DNA from: Candidatus Eiseniibacteriota bacterium
GTDB lineage: Bacteria > Eisenbacteria > RBG-16-71-46 > CAZAMP01
Assembly (NCBI GenBank): GCA_965224245.1
Contig: OZ245046.1
Location: 1,760,001-1,824,000, forward strand
DNA: 64,000 nt
Reading direction: 5' to 3'
In this document: positions 46,272 through 55,649 of the stretch, piece after piece
Numbering within the stretch: the first letter of the stretch is position 1
Layout: every line of letters begins with the position of its first letter
Program-made: the position numbers and the translations under genes
Notes under the pieces: generated by a model
The model's input: the letters and a program-made list of their open reading frames with translations, nothing else
The model's database searches: none
What the model was told of the DNA's origin: nothing

Positions 46272-48935
46272 TCAGCGCTCTTCCGGTGTCAGCTGCCGGG
46301 CCCAGTTCAGCACGACGGTCGCACTGGCCTCTCGCGGCGGCGACGCCGGCAAGATCCGGAGAACCCGACCGTCCGGGCTGCTCACGGACTTGCGAAGGTC
46401 CAGGGGCAGCTCGTACAGCATCTCCGGTACCCCGATCCGGAGTCTCGGCTCGGTCTCGAACGACGCCCTGGCTTGCCACCGCCCGGCGGTGTGGCGCGAT
46501 TCGAACCGGATCGCCTTTCCATCCGGCTCCCAGGCCGGGTTGTCCCCGGGCTCGATCGAGACCCGGTGCGGCCGGGTCGGAACCGGGAACGACTCCAGGA
46601 GCACGTAGGACGATCCAGACTCCGAGGTCACGTAGGCGACCCAGCGGCCGTCCGGGGAGAAGCACGCGGACCGTTCCCTCGCGGGCCCCGTGACGTACGG
46701 GTACGGCTCCCCGCTCCCGTCCGTGGGTGCCAGCCACAGATCCATGTTGTCCGCGATCTGTTCGTAGAGGAGGAGCGTTCCGTCGGGCGACCAGTCGAGC
46801 GGGTTCTTGAACGGCGCCGGCCCCACCACGAGCGGCTCGGCGGGGCCGCTCCGCGTGACGGGCTTCCGGTAGATGTTCCACGGGCCATCCGCGTTCGTCG
46901 AGTAGACGAGGTAGTCGCCGTCCGGGGACCACACCGGGTCCGCGCAGTTGGCCGACGAGCTGGTGAAACGGGTCATCACCATGCGATCGAGCTCCAGAAT
47001 CCAGATGTCGGACTCCTCCGGCGTCACCTCGACGACCACGGCCATCCGACGACCGTCCGGAGAGACCCTCGCGTTCTCGTAGACGTTCGGCTCCACGGGG
47101 AGGACGCCGATCTCCTCGCCCGTGTCGCCGTCTGTCCACACGAGTCGCGTGCGGGGATCGTCCGAGGTCAGGAACGCCAGATGGCCCGTGCGCGACGCCG
47201 AGAGGGCGGGCAACCCCACGCCCCCCGAGAGCGGGGGTGCGGCTTCGAGGCCGATCGGATCCCCGGAGACCGCCAGTGCCTCCACGTCGAACGCCTGTGC
47301 CACGAGCTCGCGCCCCCGCTGGAACAGGAGGTATCCCGGCTCGGCATACACCGGCGACACCGGCGATCGGGTGACCGCCACCGGCGCTCCCCCGTCCACG
47401 TGACCCGCCCATACGTCCAGCAGCCGACCCTTTCCGGGGATCGACACGTACAGGAACGTCTCCCCGTCGGGGAGAAACGTCGGGAAGCGATGCGCGGTCT
47501 GCCAACGGCTCTCGTCCAGGACCGTGACCGGCTCGGGAGTCCCGCCACCGACCGGAACCCGGAAGACGGGGCCCTCCCCCTGCGCAAACACGATGTCGCT
47601 GGCGCCCCAGGAGCCTCCGCGATACGAGGCCGCGTCGCAGACGGCCCGCGACTCCCCACCCCATGGCGACTGGACGCGAATCTTGCCGTCCAGCCAGAAT
47701 CCGATCTGCTCCCCGTCGGGAGACCAGAACGACGATCCGCCCCGGTGCGGCACGAAGCGGGACTCCGTCGACGCGAGGTCCCGCACCCAGAGCCCGTTCG
47801 TGCCGTCCGCATCCTGTCCGTTGCACAGGAGCGTGCGGCCGTCCGGAGAGAGCGAGGCATTGCCCGTGGCCCGGCGCATGCTCGCGCCGGGCGGTGGCGT
47901 CACCGTGAACCGGACGAGCTCACCCGGGGGGTCGCCGTCCCGGCGGCTCGGCTGCAGAAGGCTCCACGCCGCGACCAGCACCGCCACCGCCGCCACGGCC
48001 CACGCGAACGCCGACGATCGCCGTGGTGCGGCCGGTGCCGCGGCACGCTCGCCGCCGGCCGACGAGCGCCGGGAGGAGTCGAGGGACTCCTGGATCTCCT
48101 CCAGCGCGAGACGCACGTCGCCGATGTCGCGCTGTCGCTTGCGGGCGTCCTTCTCGAGACACCGCCGGAGGACTCGCCGAAGACGTTCCGGCGTCTCGCC
48201 GGGCAACACCGCCCAGTCCGGCTCCCGCTCCAGGATGCGCGCGATGGTGTCCGAGACGGTCTCCCCGGCGAAGAGCGCTCGTCCGGTCAGGGCCTCGTAG
48301 AGAACGCACCCGAACGAGAAGATGTCGGTCCGTCGATCCAGCGGCTTGCCGCGGGCTTGCTCGGGGCTCATGTAGGCCGCGGTGCCCAGGATCACGCCGG
48401 CCAGCGTCTCCACGGTGAGCGTGGGCGAGTGACTGAGCTCGCCCGCCGCGGCGTCGGATCCCGCATCCTTGGCCAGCCCGAAGTCCAGCACCTTGACCTC
48501 GCCGTCGCCGACCAGCTTGATGTTTGCCGGCTTCAGATCGCGGTGGATGATCCCGCTCTCGTGCGCGACCTCCAGCGCCGTCGCGATCTGACCGAACACG
48601 TCGACCGCTTCCGCCACGCCGAGCGGACCCCGTCGCAGCCGGTCCGCGAGCGTGGGCCCGTCGAGGTACTCGAGCACGAGAAACCGCGTGCCGTCTGCGT
48701 CGCTCTCCAGACCGTAGATGCTGCCGACGTTGGGGTGGTTGAGCGAGGCGAGGACCCGGGCTTCCCGCTCGAACCGGGCCAGGCGCTCGGGGTCACCGGC
48801 CAGATCGACCGGCAACACCTTGATCGCGACCACACGGTCCAGCTGGGGATCGTGGGCCTGGTACACCACGCCCATGCCACCGCGACCGACCTCGCGCTTC
48901 ACGTCGTAGCGACCGAGCTTCTCCGGAGCGTTCAT
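46272..48935 (-). CDS. Ser/Thr kinase with TM helix and PD40/TolB-like propeller
   Basis: GRGGMGVVY, HRDLKPAN, DFG, GTAAYMSPEQ; TM; SPDG repeats; VVLNW tail. Confidence 0.95.
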   Translation of the reverse strand: MNAPEKLGRYDVKREVGRGGMGVVYQAHDPQLDRVVAIKVLPVDLAGDPERLARFEREARVLASLNHPNVGSIYGLESDADGTRFLVLEYLDGPTLADRLRRGPLGVAEAVDVFGQIATALEVAHESGIIHRDLKPANIKLVGDGEVKVLDFGLAKDAGSDAAAGELSHSPTLTVETLAGVILGTAAYMSPEQARGKPLDRRTDIFSFGCVLYEALTGRALFAGETVSDTIARILEREPDWAVLPGETPERLRRVLRRCLEKDARKRQRDIGDVRLALEEIQESLDSSRRSSAGGERAAAPAAPRRSSAFAWAVAAVAVLVAAWSLLQPSRRDGDPPGELVRFTVTPPPGASMRRATGNASLSPDGRTLLCNGQDADGTNGLWVRDLASTESRFVPHRGGSSFWSPDGEQIGFWLDGKIRVQSPWGGESRAVCDAASYRGGSWGASDIVFAQGEGPVFRVPVGGGTPEPVTVLDESRWQTAHRFPTFLPDGETFLYVSIPGKGRLLDVWAGHVDGGAPVAVTRSPVSPVYAEPGYLLFQRGRELVAQAFDVEALAVSGDPIGLEAAPPLSGGVGLPALSASRTGHLAFLTSDDPRTRLVWTDGDTGEEIGVLPVEPNVYENARVSPDGRRMAVVVEVTPEESDIWILELDRMVMTRFTSSSANCADPVWSPDGDYLVYSTNADGPWNIYRKPVTRSGPAEPLVVGPAPFKNPLDWSPDGTLLLYEQIADNMDLWLAPTDGSGEPYPYVTGPARERSACFSPDGRWVAYVTSESGSSYVLLESFPVPTRPHRVSIEPGDNPAWEPDGKAIRFESRHTAGRWQARASFETEPRLRIGVPEMLYELPLDLRKSVSSPDGRVLRILPASPPREASATVVLNWARQLTPEER

Positions 48936-49046
48936 GGCGCGCACGGTAGCACAACTCGTGGCGCTGCCACCTTCACAGGACGTCTCGTGTCCGTCGTCGG
49001 CTCACCCGGGGCGCCCGTGACATCCCCCTGGTCCTCCTCGCCGCGC

Positions 49047-51704
49047 TCAGTGCCCGCGGAATGCCTCCACCCAGTTCTGAACCACCACGATGCTCCCGCT
49101 CGTCTCGGCCGGGTCACCGGCCTGGATCATCAGGAACGTGGATCCGTCCGGATCCGGCGTGTAGCCGTGCACGAGCTCGAGCTGCCGCTCGCCGAGATCG
49201 AACAGAACCTGCGGCCGGCCGAGGGAGACCCCGTCGCCGATCTCGATGTCGACCTCCATTAGACGACCGTCCGACTCGTAGATGAGCCGGGTCCCGTCGG
49301 GGCTCCACCGCGGGTACATGCCGCCGTCGCTCGATACCTGCCATCGCCGGAGCGGCGTCGACTCCGCCTCGAGCTGCGAGAGGTAGACCTCCGAGCGTCC
49401 CGACTCGTCCGAGACGTACGCAAACAGCGAGGCCGTCGGACAGGCCTGGGGATCGATCTCCTGCGCGTTCGTCGCGCGAAGCGGACGCGCGGGCTCGGAC
49501 GCGTCGAGCGGGATCATCCAGACGTTGGATTTCGTCGTCGGCGCATGGAGCTGAACGAGCAGCCGGCGTCCGTCGGACGTCACCGACGGGCAGGCCGACG
49601 TTCGCTGGAACACACCGAGCTCGCCGGCCCGGAAGAGCACGCGGGGCCCGGAGGCCAGCTCCAGGTCGTGGACCTCGATCCAGGAGGAGTCCGAGCGCAC
49701 GACCCCGACGGACGTGTCGGAGAGCCAGAACGGGTTCCGCGCCTCGGGCCCCGAGGCGACCACCGTCCGCGTGCCGCGCATCAGATCCCGCACCTCGAGT
49801 GAGTAGTGCGATCCCTGGAGGAAGGCCTCGATGAGCTTCGTCCCCGACGGGGAGAGCGCCACGTCGTCGATGTGAAGGGCGCGATCGATCGGCTCCCCCT
49901 GGACCCTCCCCTGCCGATCGACGCGTATCAGGTCGTGTCCCTCCGATCCCGCGCCCGCGTACACCAGCGTCCCGTCATCGGACACGCTCGGCACCTGCCC
50001 GCCGGCCGCGACCAGGAACGGCTCCCCCTCGACGCTCAGGTCGTCCAGTGAGAAGGGCACGGCCCAGATCGCGGGCTCGGGCTCCACTCGGTGATAGAGG
50101 ATGTGCCCCGCCTGGTAGATCGGGTACTCGATCGTGATGTCGCCGGGATGCTCCCACAGCTCGCGGTGCTCGCCGTCGCGGATGAGATCGAGCTTGCTCC
50201 GGGCACCGGACAGTGGATGCGGCACAACGAGCACGCCCCGGCCGCCGGGCAGGAGGCTCGGCGCGTGAAAGTCGCTCTCGCGCCGCGCGTCGGGCTCGAG
50301 GATGCACACGGGATCCCCGCCGGTCACGTGTACCTCGTACACGCCCCCGTTGCCGGACGCGAACACGATGTGGTCGCCCGGTCCCCACACCGCGCGCGCC
50401 ACGTCGTCGAAGTCCTCGGGTGTGCTACAGATCGCGATCGCGCGCCCGCCCTCCACCGAGACTCTCCACAGCCGACGGTCGAGCTCGAACCCGATGGCCG
50501 AGTTGTCGGGCGACCAGAACGGGAAGCGGGCTCCGTCGGTCCCCTCGAGCGGCTGCGCCTCGAGCGCGTCGAGCGCGCGGACCCAGAGGTGACCGCTGGC
50601 GGAGTAGACCACGCGCCGTCCGTCCGGCGAGACGGTCGGTGGCTTCATCGCGACGTCGAGGCCCTCCACCGGAATGGCAAAGCGCGTGACGCGCGGCGGC
50701 GTCCGATGCGTGCGGTCGCTCCGCATCTGTGCGATCACGACGACGGTCATCATCGCGACGAGAGCCCAGAGGATCCAGCCGAGGCGCGGGCGGGCCGGCC
50801 GGCCCGCCGCGTCGATCCGGGGATCCTCTCCGAGGCCGGGGCCACGTTCGTGCTCCTCCGCCGCGTCGTCGAGCTCGAGGCGGGCGTCGGCCAGGCTGTG
50901 CAGCCGCCGTCGAGGATCGCGCTCGAGGCACCGGCGGATAAGACGGCGAAGGGCCAATGGCGTGTCCGCCGGCAGAGCGGACCAGTCGATGGGATCGCGC
51001 AGCACCGCGGCCAGCGTGTCGGAGACCGACTCCCCGGCAAAGAGACGCCGGGCGGTGAGGCACTCGTACACCACGCACCCGAACGCCCACACGTCGGACC
51101 GCTGGTCGACGGGGCTTCCCCTCGCCTGCTCTGGACTCATGTAGGCGGCGGTGCCGAGGATGACGTTGGGGGCCGTGGTTCCCGCCAGCCGCGTGGGCGA
51201 CTGCGAGAGGTCCCCGATCGTGTCGGGTCCGCTCTCCAGCGCCTTCGCGAGGCCGAAGTCCAGCACCTTGGCCGAGCCCTCGGAGGTGAACGCGACGTTC
51301 CCCGGCTTGAGATCCCGATGCACCACACCCTGCCGGTGAGCGAACTCGAGCGCGTCGGCGATCTGTCGGGCCACGCGCAAGACCTCGTCCACCGGCATCG
51401 GCCCCGTCTCCAGACGACGGGCCAGATCGGCTCCGGTGATGAGCTCGAGCACGATGAACCGATGATCGCCGTCCACCTCGAGTCCGTGGATGGCGGCGAT
51501 GTGGGGATGACTCAGCGAGGCCAGGAGCCGTGCCTCGCGCTCGAACCGGGCCCGGTGCTCGTCGTCACCGAGAAGCCGCGGTGGGATGATCTTGATCGCG
51601 ACGTCGCGGCCGAGCGTGGTGTCACGCGCGCGGTACACCTCGCCCATCCCGCCTTGGCCGATCTTCTCGACGATCGCGTAGTGTGACAGCGTACGCCCGA
51701 TCAT
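49047..51704 (-). CDS. Ser/Thr kinase with TM helix and PD40/TolB-like propeller
   Basis: MIGRTLSHY, GQGGMGEVY, HRDLKPGN, DFG; TM; WSPDG repeats; VVQNW tail. Paralog of the 46272 gene. Confidence 0.95.
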   Translation of the reverse strand: MIGRTLSHYAIVEKIGQGGMGEVYRARDTTLGRDVAIKIIPPRLLGDDEHRARFEREARLLASLSHPHIAAIHGLEVDGDHRFIVLELITGADLARRLETGPMPVDEVLRVARQIADALEFAHRQGVVHRDLKPGNVAFTSEGSAKVLDFGLAKALESGPDTIGDLSQSPTRLAGTTAPNVILGTAAYMSPEQARGSPVDQRSDVWAFGCVVYECLTARRLFAGESVSDTLAAVLRDPIDWSALPADTPLALRRLIRRCLERDPRRRLHSLADARLELDDAAEEHERGPGLGEDPRIDAAGRPARPRLGWILWALVAMMTVVVIAQMRSDRTHRTPPRVTRFAIPVEGLDVAMKPPTVSPDGRRVVYSASGHLWVRALDALEAQPLEGTDGARFPFWSPDNSAIGFELDRRLWRVSVEGGRAIAICSTPEDFDDVARAVWGPGDHIVFASGNGGVYEVHVTGGDPVCILEPDARRESDFHAPSLLPGGRGVLVVPHPLSGARSKLDLIRDGEHRELWEHPGDITIEYPIYQAGHILYHRVEPEPAIWAVPFSLDDLSVEGEPFLVAAGGQVPSVSDDGTLVYAGAGSEGHDLIRVDRQGRVQGEPIDRALHIDDVALSPSGTKLIEAFLQGSHYSLEVRDLMRGTRTVVASGPEARNPFWLSDTSVGVVRSDSSWIEVHDLELASGPRVLFRAGELGVFQRTSACPSVTSDGRRLLVQLHAPTTKSNVWMIPLDASEPARPLRATNAQEIDPQACPTASLFAYVSDESGRSEVYLSQLEAESTPLRRWQVSSDGGMYPRWSPDGTRLIYESDGRLMEVDIEIGDGVSLGRPQVLFDLGERQLELVHGYTPDPDGSTFLMIQAGDPAETSGSIVVVQNWVEAFRGH

Positions 51705-51768
51705 CCCGGTCCCCCCGCTTCGGGAACGTACTCTGCGTGAGCCGGCGCCCGTCCTCCCGCGACCGCTC

Positions 51769-51852
51769 GCGGCAGACCTCGCCCATGCCTCCGGCTCCGA
51801 GTTGCGAGACAATCTCGTAGGGGCCGAGGCGAGCTTCGAGGTCGAGAGCCAA
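51769..51852 (-). pseudogene. Stub of a Ser/Thr kinase N-terminus
   Basis: (TTG)ALDLEARLGPYEIVSQLGAGGMGEVCR, after which homology is lost; upstream GAGGA and TACTCT remain. Confidence 0.7.
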
Positions 51853-52019
51853 CGCGAAGGGGTCCTCTCGATTCACAGGCCGAGAGAGTATCAGGGCGTC
51901 GTGGTCCTCCACCAGGCTCCCGATGGAGAAGCCGGGAGTCGGGAGTGGCGTGACGCCCGCCAGGCGCTCTACAGTCTCATGTCACTCCGGCTCGACTCCA
52001 CGTGACGGAGGTCTGGGAC

Positions 52020-54560
52020 GTGATCGGCAAGAACCTCGCCCACTACCGGGTCATCGAGAAGATCGGCGCCGGAGGCATGGGGGTGGTCTACCGGGCCCGG
52101 GACACCCGGCTCGATCGAGACGTGGCGCTGAAGGTGCTTTCCCCCGAAGCGGCCCAGGACCCCGATCGTCGACTGCGCTTCCTGCGCGAAGCGAAGACGG
52201 TGGCCGCCCTCGAACACCCCAACATCGTCACCCTGCATTCGGTCGAGGAGGACCAGGACACGCACTTCCTGACCATGGAGCTCGTCGAGGGAGAGGGTCT
52301 CGACGAGGTCTTGAAGCAGGGCGCCGTGCCGCTCCCACGCGCGCTCGAGATCGGTGCCTCCGTCGCCGACGCCCTCGCGGCCGCGCACGCGAGGGGCATC
52401 GTCCATCGCGATCTCAAGCCGGCCAACGTCATGGTCGCGAGCGGACGCGTGAAGATCCTGGACTTCGGGCTCGCTCGCCTCGTGCATGCGGCGGCCGGAA
52501 TCGCAGACGCCACCGCAACGACCGCGACCGACGTCACCCGACCGGGGCAAATCCTGGGAACCGTCGCGTACCTGTCTCCCGAGCAGGCCCGTGGGAAGCC
52601 CGTCGATCACCGATCCGATCTCTTCAGCTTCGGCATCTTGCTCTACGAGATGGCGAGCGGGGCTCATCCCTTTCGTCGGGAAAGTGTCGCGGAGACGATA
52701 TCCGCCATCCTCCGGGACGAGCCGGCGCCCGCGAACTCGCCGGTACAGCCGCCGGAGGCGCTGAGCGCGGTCATCCGGCGATGCCTGGCCAAGGATCCCG
52801 GAGATCGCTACCAGTCGGCGCTGGAGCTTCTCGACGAGCTCTCTGATCTGCGACACCAGATCGAACAGGGACGCCGGGCGCGGCGGACCCGGGACGCGAG
52901 AGCGGATCGCAAGCGTGTTGTCGTGTTCCCCTTCGACAACCTGGGTCATGTCGAGGACGACTACTTCGCGCAAGGACTGGCCGAGGAGCTCTCCGCACTG
53001 CTCGCCACCTCCGAGGATCTGAGCGTCGTGTCGCGATCGACGGCCACCCGCTACGATCGCTCCGGCAAGACCACCGGCGAGATCGCCGTCGACCTGAACG
53101 TGGCGTATCTGGTCGATGGATCGGTACGCTGGACACGAGCGGGCGCCCATGCCCGCGTGCGAGTCACCGCTCAGCTCGTGGACGCGCGAACCGACACCCA
53201 GCTGTGGGCGGGCCGACAGGATCGAGAGCTCCTCGACGTCCTCGACGTGCAGGCCGACATCGCCCAGCAGATCGTCGATCAGCTCGGCCTCGAGCTCTCG
53301 GGCGACGCCCGGCGAGCACTGACCGCCCGGCTGACCGACGACGCCGATGCCTACCTCGCGTACCTCCGGGGACAGAGCCTCTTGAACCGGCGAGACTGGC
53401 TCGGCGAGGACTATCGCCTGGCCATCCAGCTGTTCGAGCGCGCGATCGAGCTCGACCCGGGCTTCGCGGCCGCGCAGGCGGGTATCGCGCTCGCTCATGG
53501 ACGGCTCTACCACCATGGTCGCGATCGGTCGTCGGACCGGCTGGCGCGCGCTCGGGAGGCAGCCGCTCGCGCGCTCCAGCTCGACCCGAACTCGCCCCAC
53601 GCACACCTCGCGGCAGGATCCACGCGGTACTGGGGTGATCGGGACTACAAGGGAGCGCTCGTCGAGCTCCGGAGCGCGCAGCGCGCCATGCCGAACGACA
53701 ACGAGCTCCGGACCATCATCGCCGCCGTCATGCGAAGGTCCGGACAGATCGAGGCGTCGTTGCCCCTGTTCGAGACGGTCGCGCGCGAGGATCCCACCGA
53801 CCCGATGGCTCAGCTGGAGCTGGGCAACTGTCACGCCCTGCTCGGGCGGTACGCCGCCGCGGACCCGTACTACCGTCGTTGCCTCGCCATGGCTCCCGAT
53901 CAGGCCTGGGGATACGCCCATCTCGCCTTGAACCTCTGGCTGTGGAAGGGTGATCTGGCGGCCGCCCGCGCGGTCCTCGATTCGATGCCCCGCATGGAGG
54001 TCGCGAACCAGATCCCGCATCTCTACCTGCAGAGCATCTGGGAACGAGACTACGATCGGGCCCTCGCCGAGATCGAGGCGCTGTCCGGGGAGCGGTACGA
54101 GGACCAGGAGGAGTTCCTTCCCAAGCCGCTGCTCCTGGGACACGTCTGGGATCTCGCCGGCGATCGAGGGAGGGCGCGTTCGCTGTACCGCGAGGCCGTC
54201 GTCGTGCTCGAGCAGGCCGCGGAGGGCGAGCCGACGGACGACCGGATCAAGAGCGCGCTGGCCAGGTCGTACGCGGGTCTCGGGCGCGACGCGGAGGCGG
54301 TCGAGACGGCGACGGCCGCACTCGATCTGTGCCCGGTGTCGAGCGACCTCTTCGTCGGATCCGTGCGACTGCAGGACCTCGCGCTGGTCCTGGCCCGGGT
54401 CGGCGCGGTGGACGAGGCGTTGGATCGCGTCGATCAGCTGCTCTCCACCCCCTCGGTCTTTTCGCGCCAGATGCTCCTCCTGAACCCCGCCTGGTCGCCG
54501 CTCCACGGGCACGAGCGGTACCGCGCACTCACCCACGACCTCGGCGAGCGTTCGCGGTAG
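52020..54560 (+). CDS. Ser/Thr kinase with TolB-N-like domain and TPRs (no TM seen)
   Basis: GAGGMGVVY, HRDLKPAN, DFG, GTVAYLSPEQ; VVVFPFDNL..YFAQGLAEEL; TPRs. Confidence 0.95.
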   Translation: MIGKNLAHYRVIEKIGAGGMGVVYRARDTRLDRDVALKVLSPEAAQDPDRRLRFLREAKTVAALEHPNIVTLHSVEEDQDTHFLTMELVEGEGLDEVLKQGAVPLPRALEIGASVADALAAAHARGIVHRDLKPANVMVASGRVKILDFGLARLVHAAAGIADATATTATDVTRPGQILGTVAYLSPEQARGKPVDHRSDLFSFGILLYEMASGAHPFRRESVAETISAILRDEPAPANSPVQPPEALSAVIRRCLAKDPGDRYQSALELLDELSDLRHQIEQGRRARRTRDARADRKRVVVFPFDNLGHVEDDYFAQGLAEELSALLATSEDLSVVSRSTATRYDRSGKTTGEIAVDLNVAYLVDGSVRWTRAGAHARVRVTAQLVDARTDTQLWAGRQDRELLDVLDVQADIAQQIVDQLGLELSGDARRALTARLTDDADAYLAYLRGQSLLNRRDWLGEDYRLAIQLFERAIELDPGFAAAQAGIALAHGRLYHHGRDRSSDRLARAREAAARALQLDPNSPHAHLAAGSTRYWGDRDYKGALVELRSAQRAMPNDNELRTIIAAVMRRSGQIEASLPLFETVAREDPTDPMAQLELGNCHALLGRYAAADPYYRRCLAMAPDQAWGYAHLALNLWLWKGDLAAARAVLDSMPRMEVANQIPHLYLQSIWERDYDRALAEIEALSGERYEDQEEFLPKPLLLGHVWDLAGDRGRARSLYREAVVVLEQAAEGEPTDDRIKSALARSYAGLGRDAEAVETATAALDLCPVSSDLFVGSVRLQDLALVLARVGAVDEALDRVDQLLSTPSVFSRQMLLLNPAWSPLHGHERYRALTHDLGERSR

Positions 54561-54590
54561 GATCCGCCGACGCAGCCGCCGTCCGGGACG

Positions 54591-54680
54591 ATGCTCGGTC
54601 CGTGCGAGACCTCTCCCCCCTCGGCGCCGTGGGAATGGGCGAGGTCTGTCGCGCCCGCAACACGCGGCTCGGTCGCCGAG
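54591..54680 (+). pseudogene. Frameshifted stub of a Ser/Thr kinase N-terminus
   Basis: LGPCET / LSPLGAVGMGEVCRARNTRLGR, compared with consensus LGPYEI..LGAGGMGEVYRARDTRLGR. Confidence 0.65.
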
Positions 54681-54901
54681 ACGCACCGGCCGGAATCGAG
54701 CCGCAAATCGCTGCCGTGCAGCGTCTTGTGGTCAACATCTCATACTGAATCGAGACAGAGCCCCGCACGGGGCACCGGCGAGCCGGTGGCCGTTTCGCGT
54801 CTCCCGACTTGCTCTTCATGGCGTCCTGTCACATCCTCTTCGACCTGGATTCGAACCCGACCCTTCGAACCCGACGACCACCCACATGGAGGAACGGACA
54901 C

Positions 54902-55540
54902 GTGAAGACCCTTCTGCGACTCGGCGTCGCGGCCATCGCCGCGATCGCGATCAGTCAGCCGGCCCTGGCGCAGCACGATGACCACGACGGCCACGACCAC
55001 GGCAGCCATGACCACGGCAGCCACGACGCGCCCGCGTACGACGAGGCGGCCATGATGGAGGCGTGGATGAAGGCCGCCACTCCGGGCGAGGCGCACGCCG
55101 AGCTCATGACGCTGGCCGGCGAGTGGGACGCGGCGATGACGACCTACGAGATGGGCAAGGAGCCCGAGACGAGCACCGGCACCGCGAGCTACGAGGTGCT
55201 CTTCGACGGTCGCGTTCTCCGGGGCACGTTCCACGGCACGATGATGGGCATGCCGATGCAGGGACTGAGCCTCGAGGGCTACGACAACGTCTCCGGCGAG
55301 TACTGGTCCACCTGGGTCGACAACATGGGGACCGGCATCGGCGTGATGAGGGGCACCAAGCAGGCGGACGGCTCGATCGAGTACGAGGGCGACATGAGCT
55401 CGCCGATGGGGCCGATGCACATGCGCATGATCGCGACCCGCCCGTCGGAGGACGAGGCCAAGATGGTCATGTACGTGACCATGGGCGGCATGCCCGAGTT
55501 CAAGAACATGGAGATCACGTACACCCGAAAGGGTGTCTAG
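54902..55540 (+). CDS. Exported DUF1579-like protein with His-rich N-terminus and many Met
   Basis: Signal peptide; HDDHDGHDHGSHDHGSHD; ATPGEAHAEL..LAGEW; GYDN..YWSTWVDNMGT. Confidence 0.85.
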   Translation: MKTLLRLGVAAIAAIAISQPALAQHDDHDGHDHGSHDHGSHDAPAYDEAAMMEAWMKAATPGEAHAELMTLAGEWDAAMTTYEMGKEPETSTGTASYEVLFDGRVLRGTFHGTMMGMPMQGLSLEGYDNVSGEYWSTWVDNMGTGIGVMRGTKQADGSIEYEGDMSSPMGPMHMRMIATRPSEDEAKMVMYVTMGGMPEFKNMEITYTRKGV

Positions 55541-55566
55541 TGTCCCGCTAGCGCCTCCACCCCCGC

Positions 55567-55591
55567 GACCGGCCGGAGCCGCCGGCCGGTC
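55567..55591. terminator. 10-bp GC stem-loop after the DUF1579 gene
   Basis: GACCGGCCGG-agccg-CCGGCCGGTC; weak U tract. Confidence 0.45.
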
Positions 55592-55649
55592 GCCGTTCGC
55601 TCGCCGTTCAGGGTTTGGTGAGCGCGCCCGCCGCCCGTAGACTGCGCGC

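Noticed and set aside
44790-49262. 1490-aa + strand ORF, and similar long antisense ORFs (58949-62296, 51969-54686, 29405-31756)
   Set aside because: These are shadow ORFs opposite well-supported genes in high-GC DNA, with no recognisable motifs.
54827-54856. TGTCACA..CGAAC as an ECF41-like promoter for the DUF1579 gene
   Set aside because: Single copy with a non-consensus -10, and no ECF41 gene in the window.
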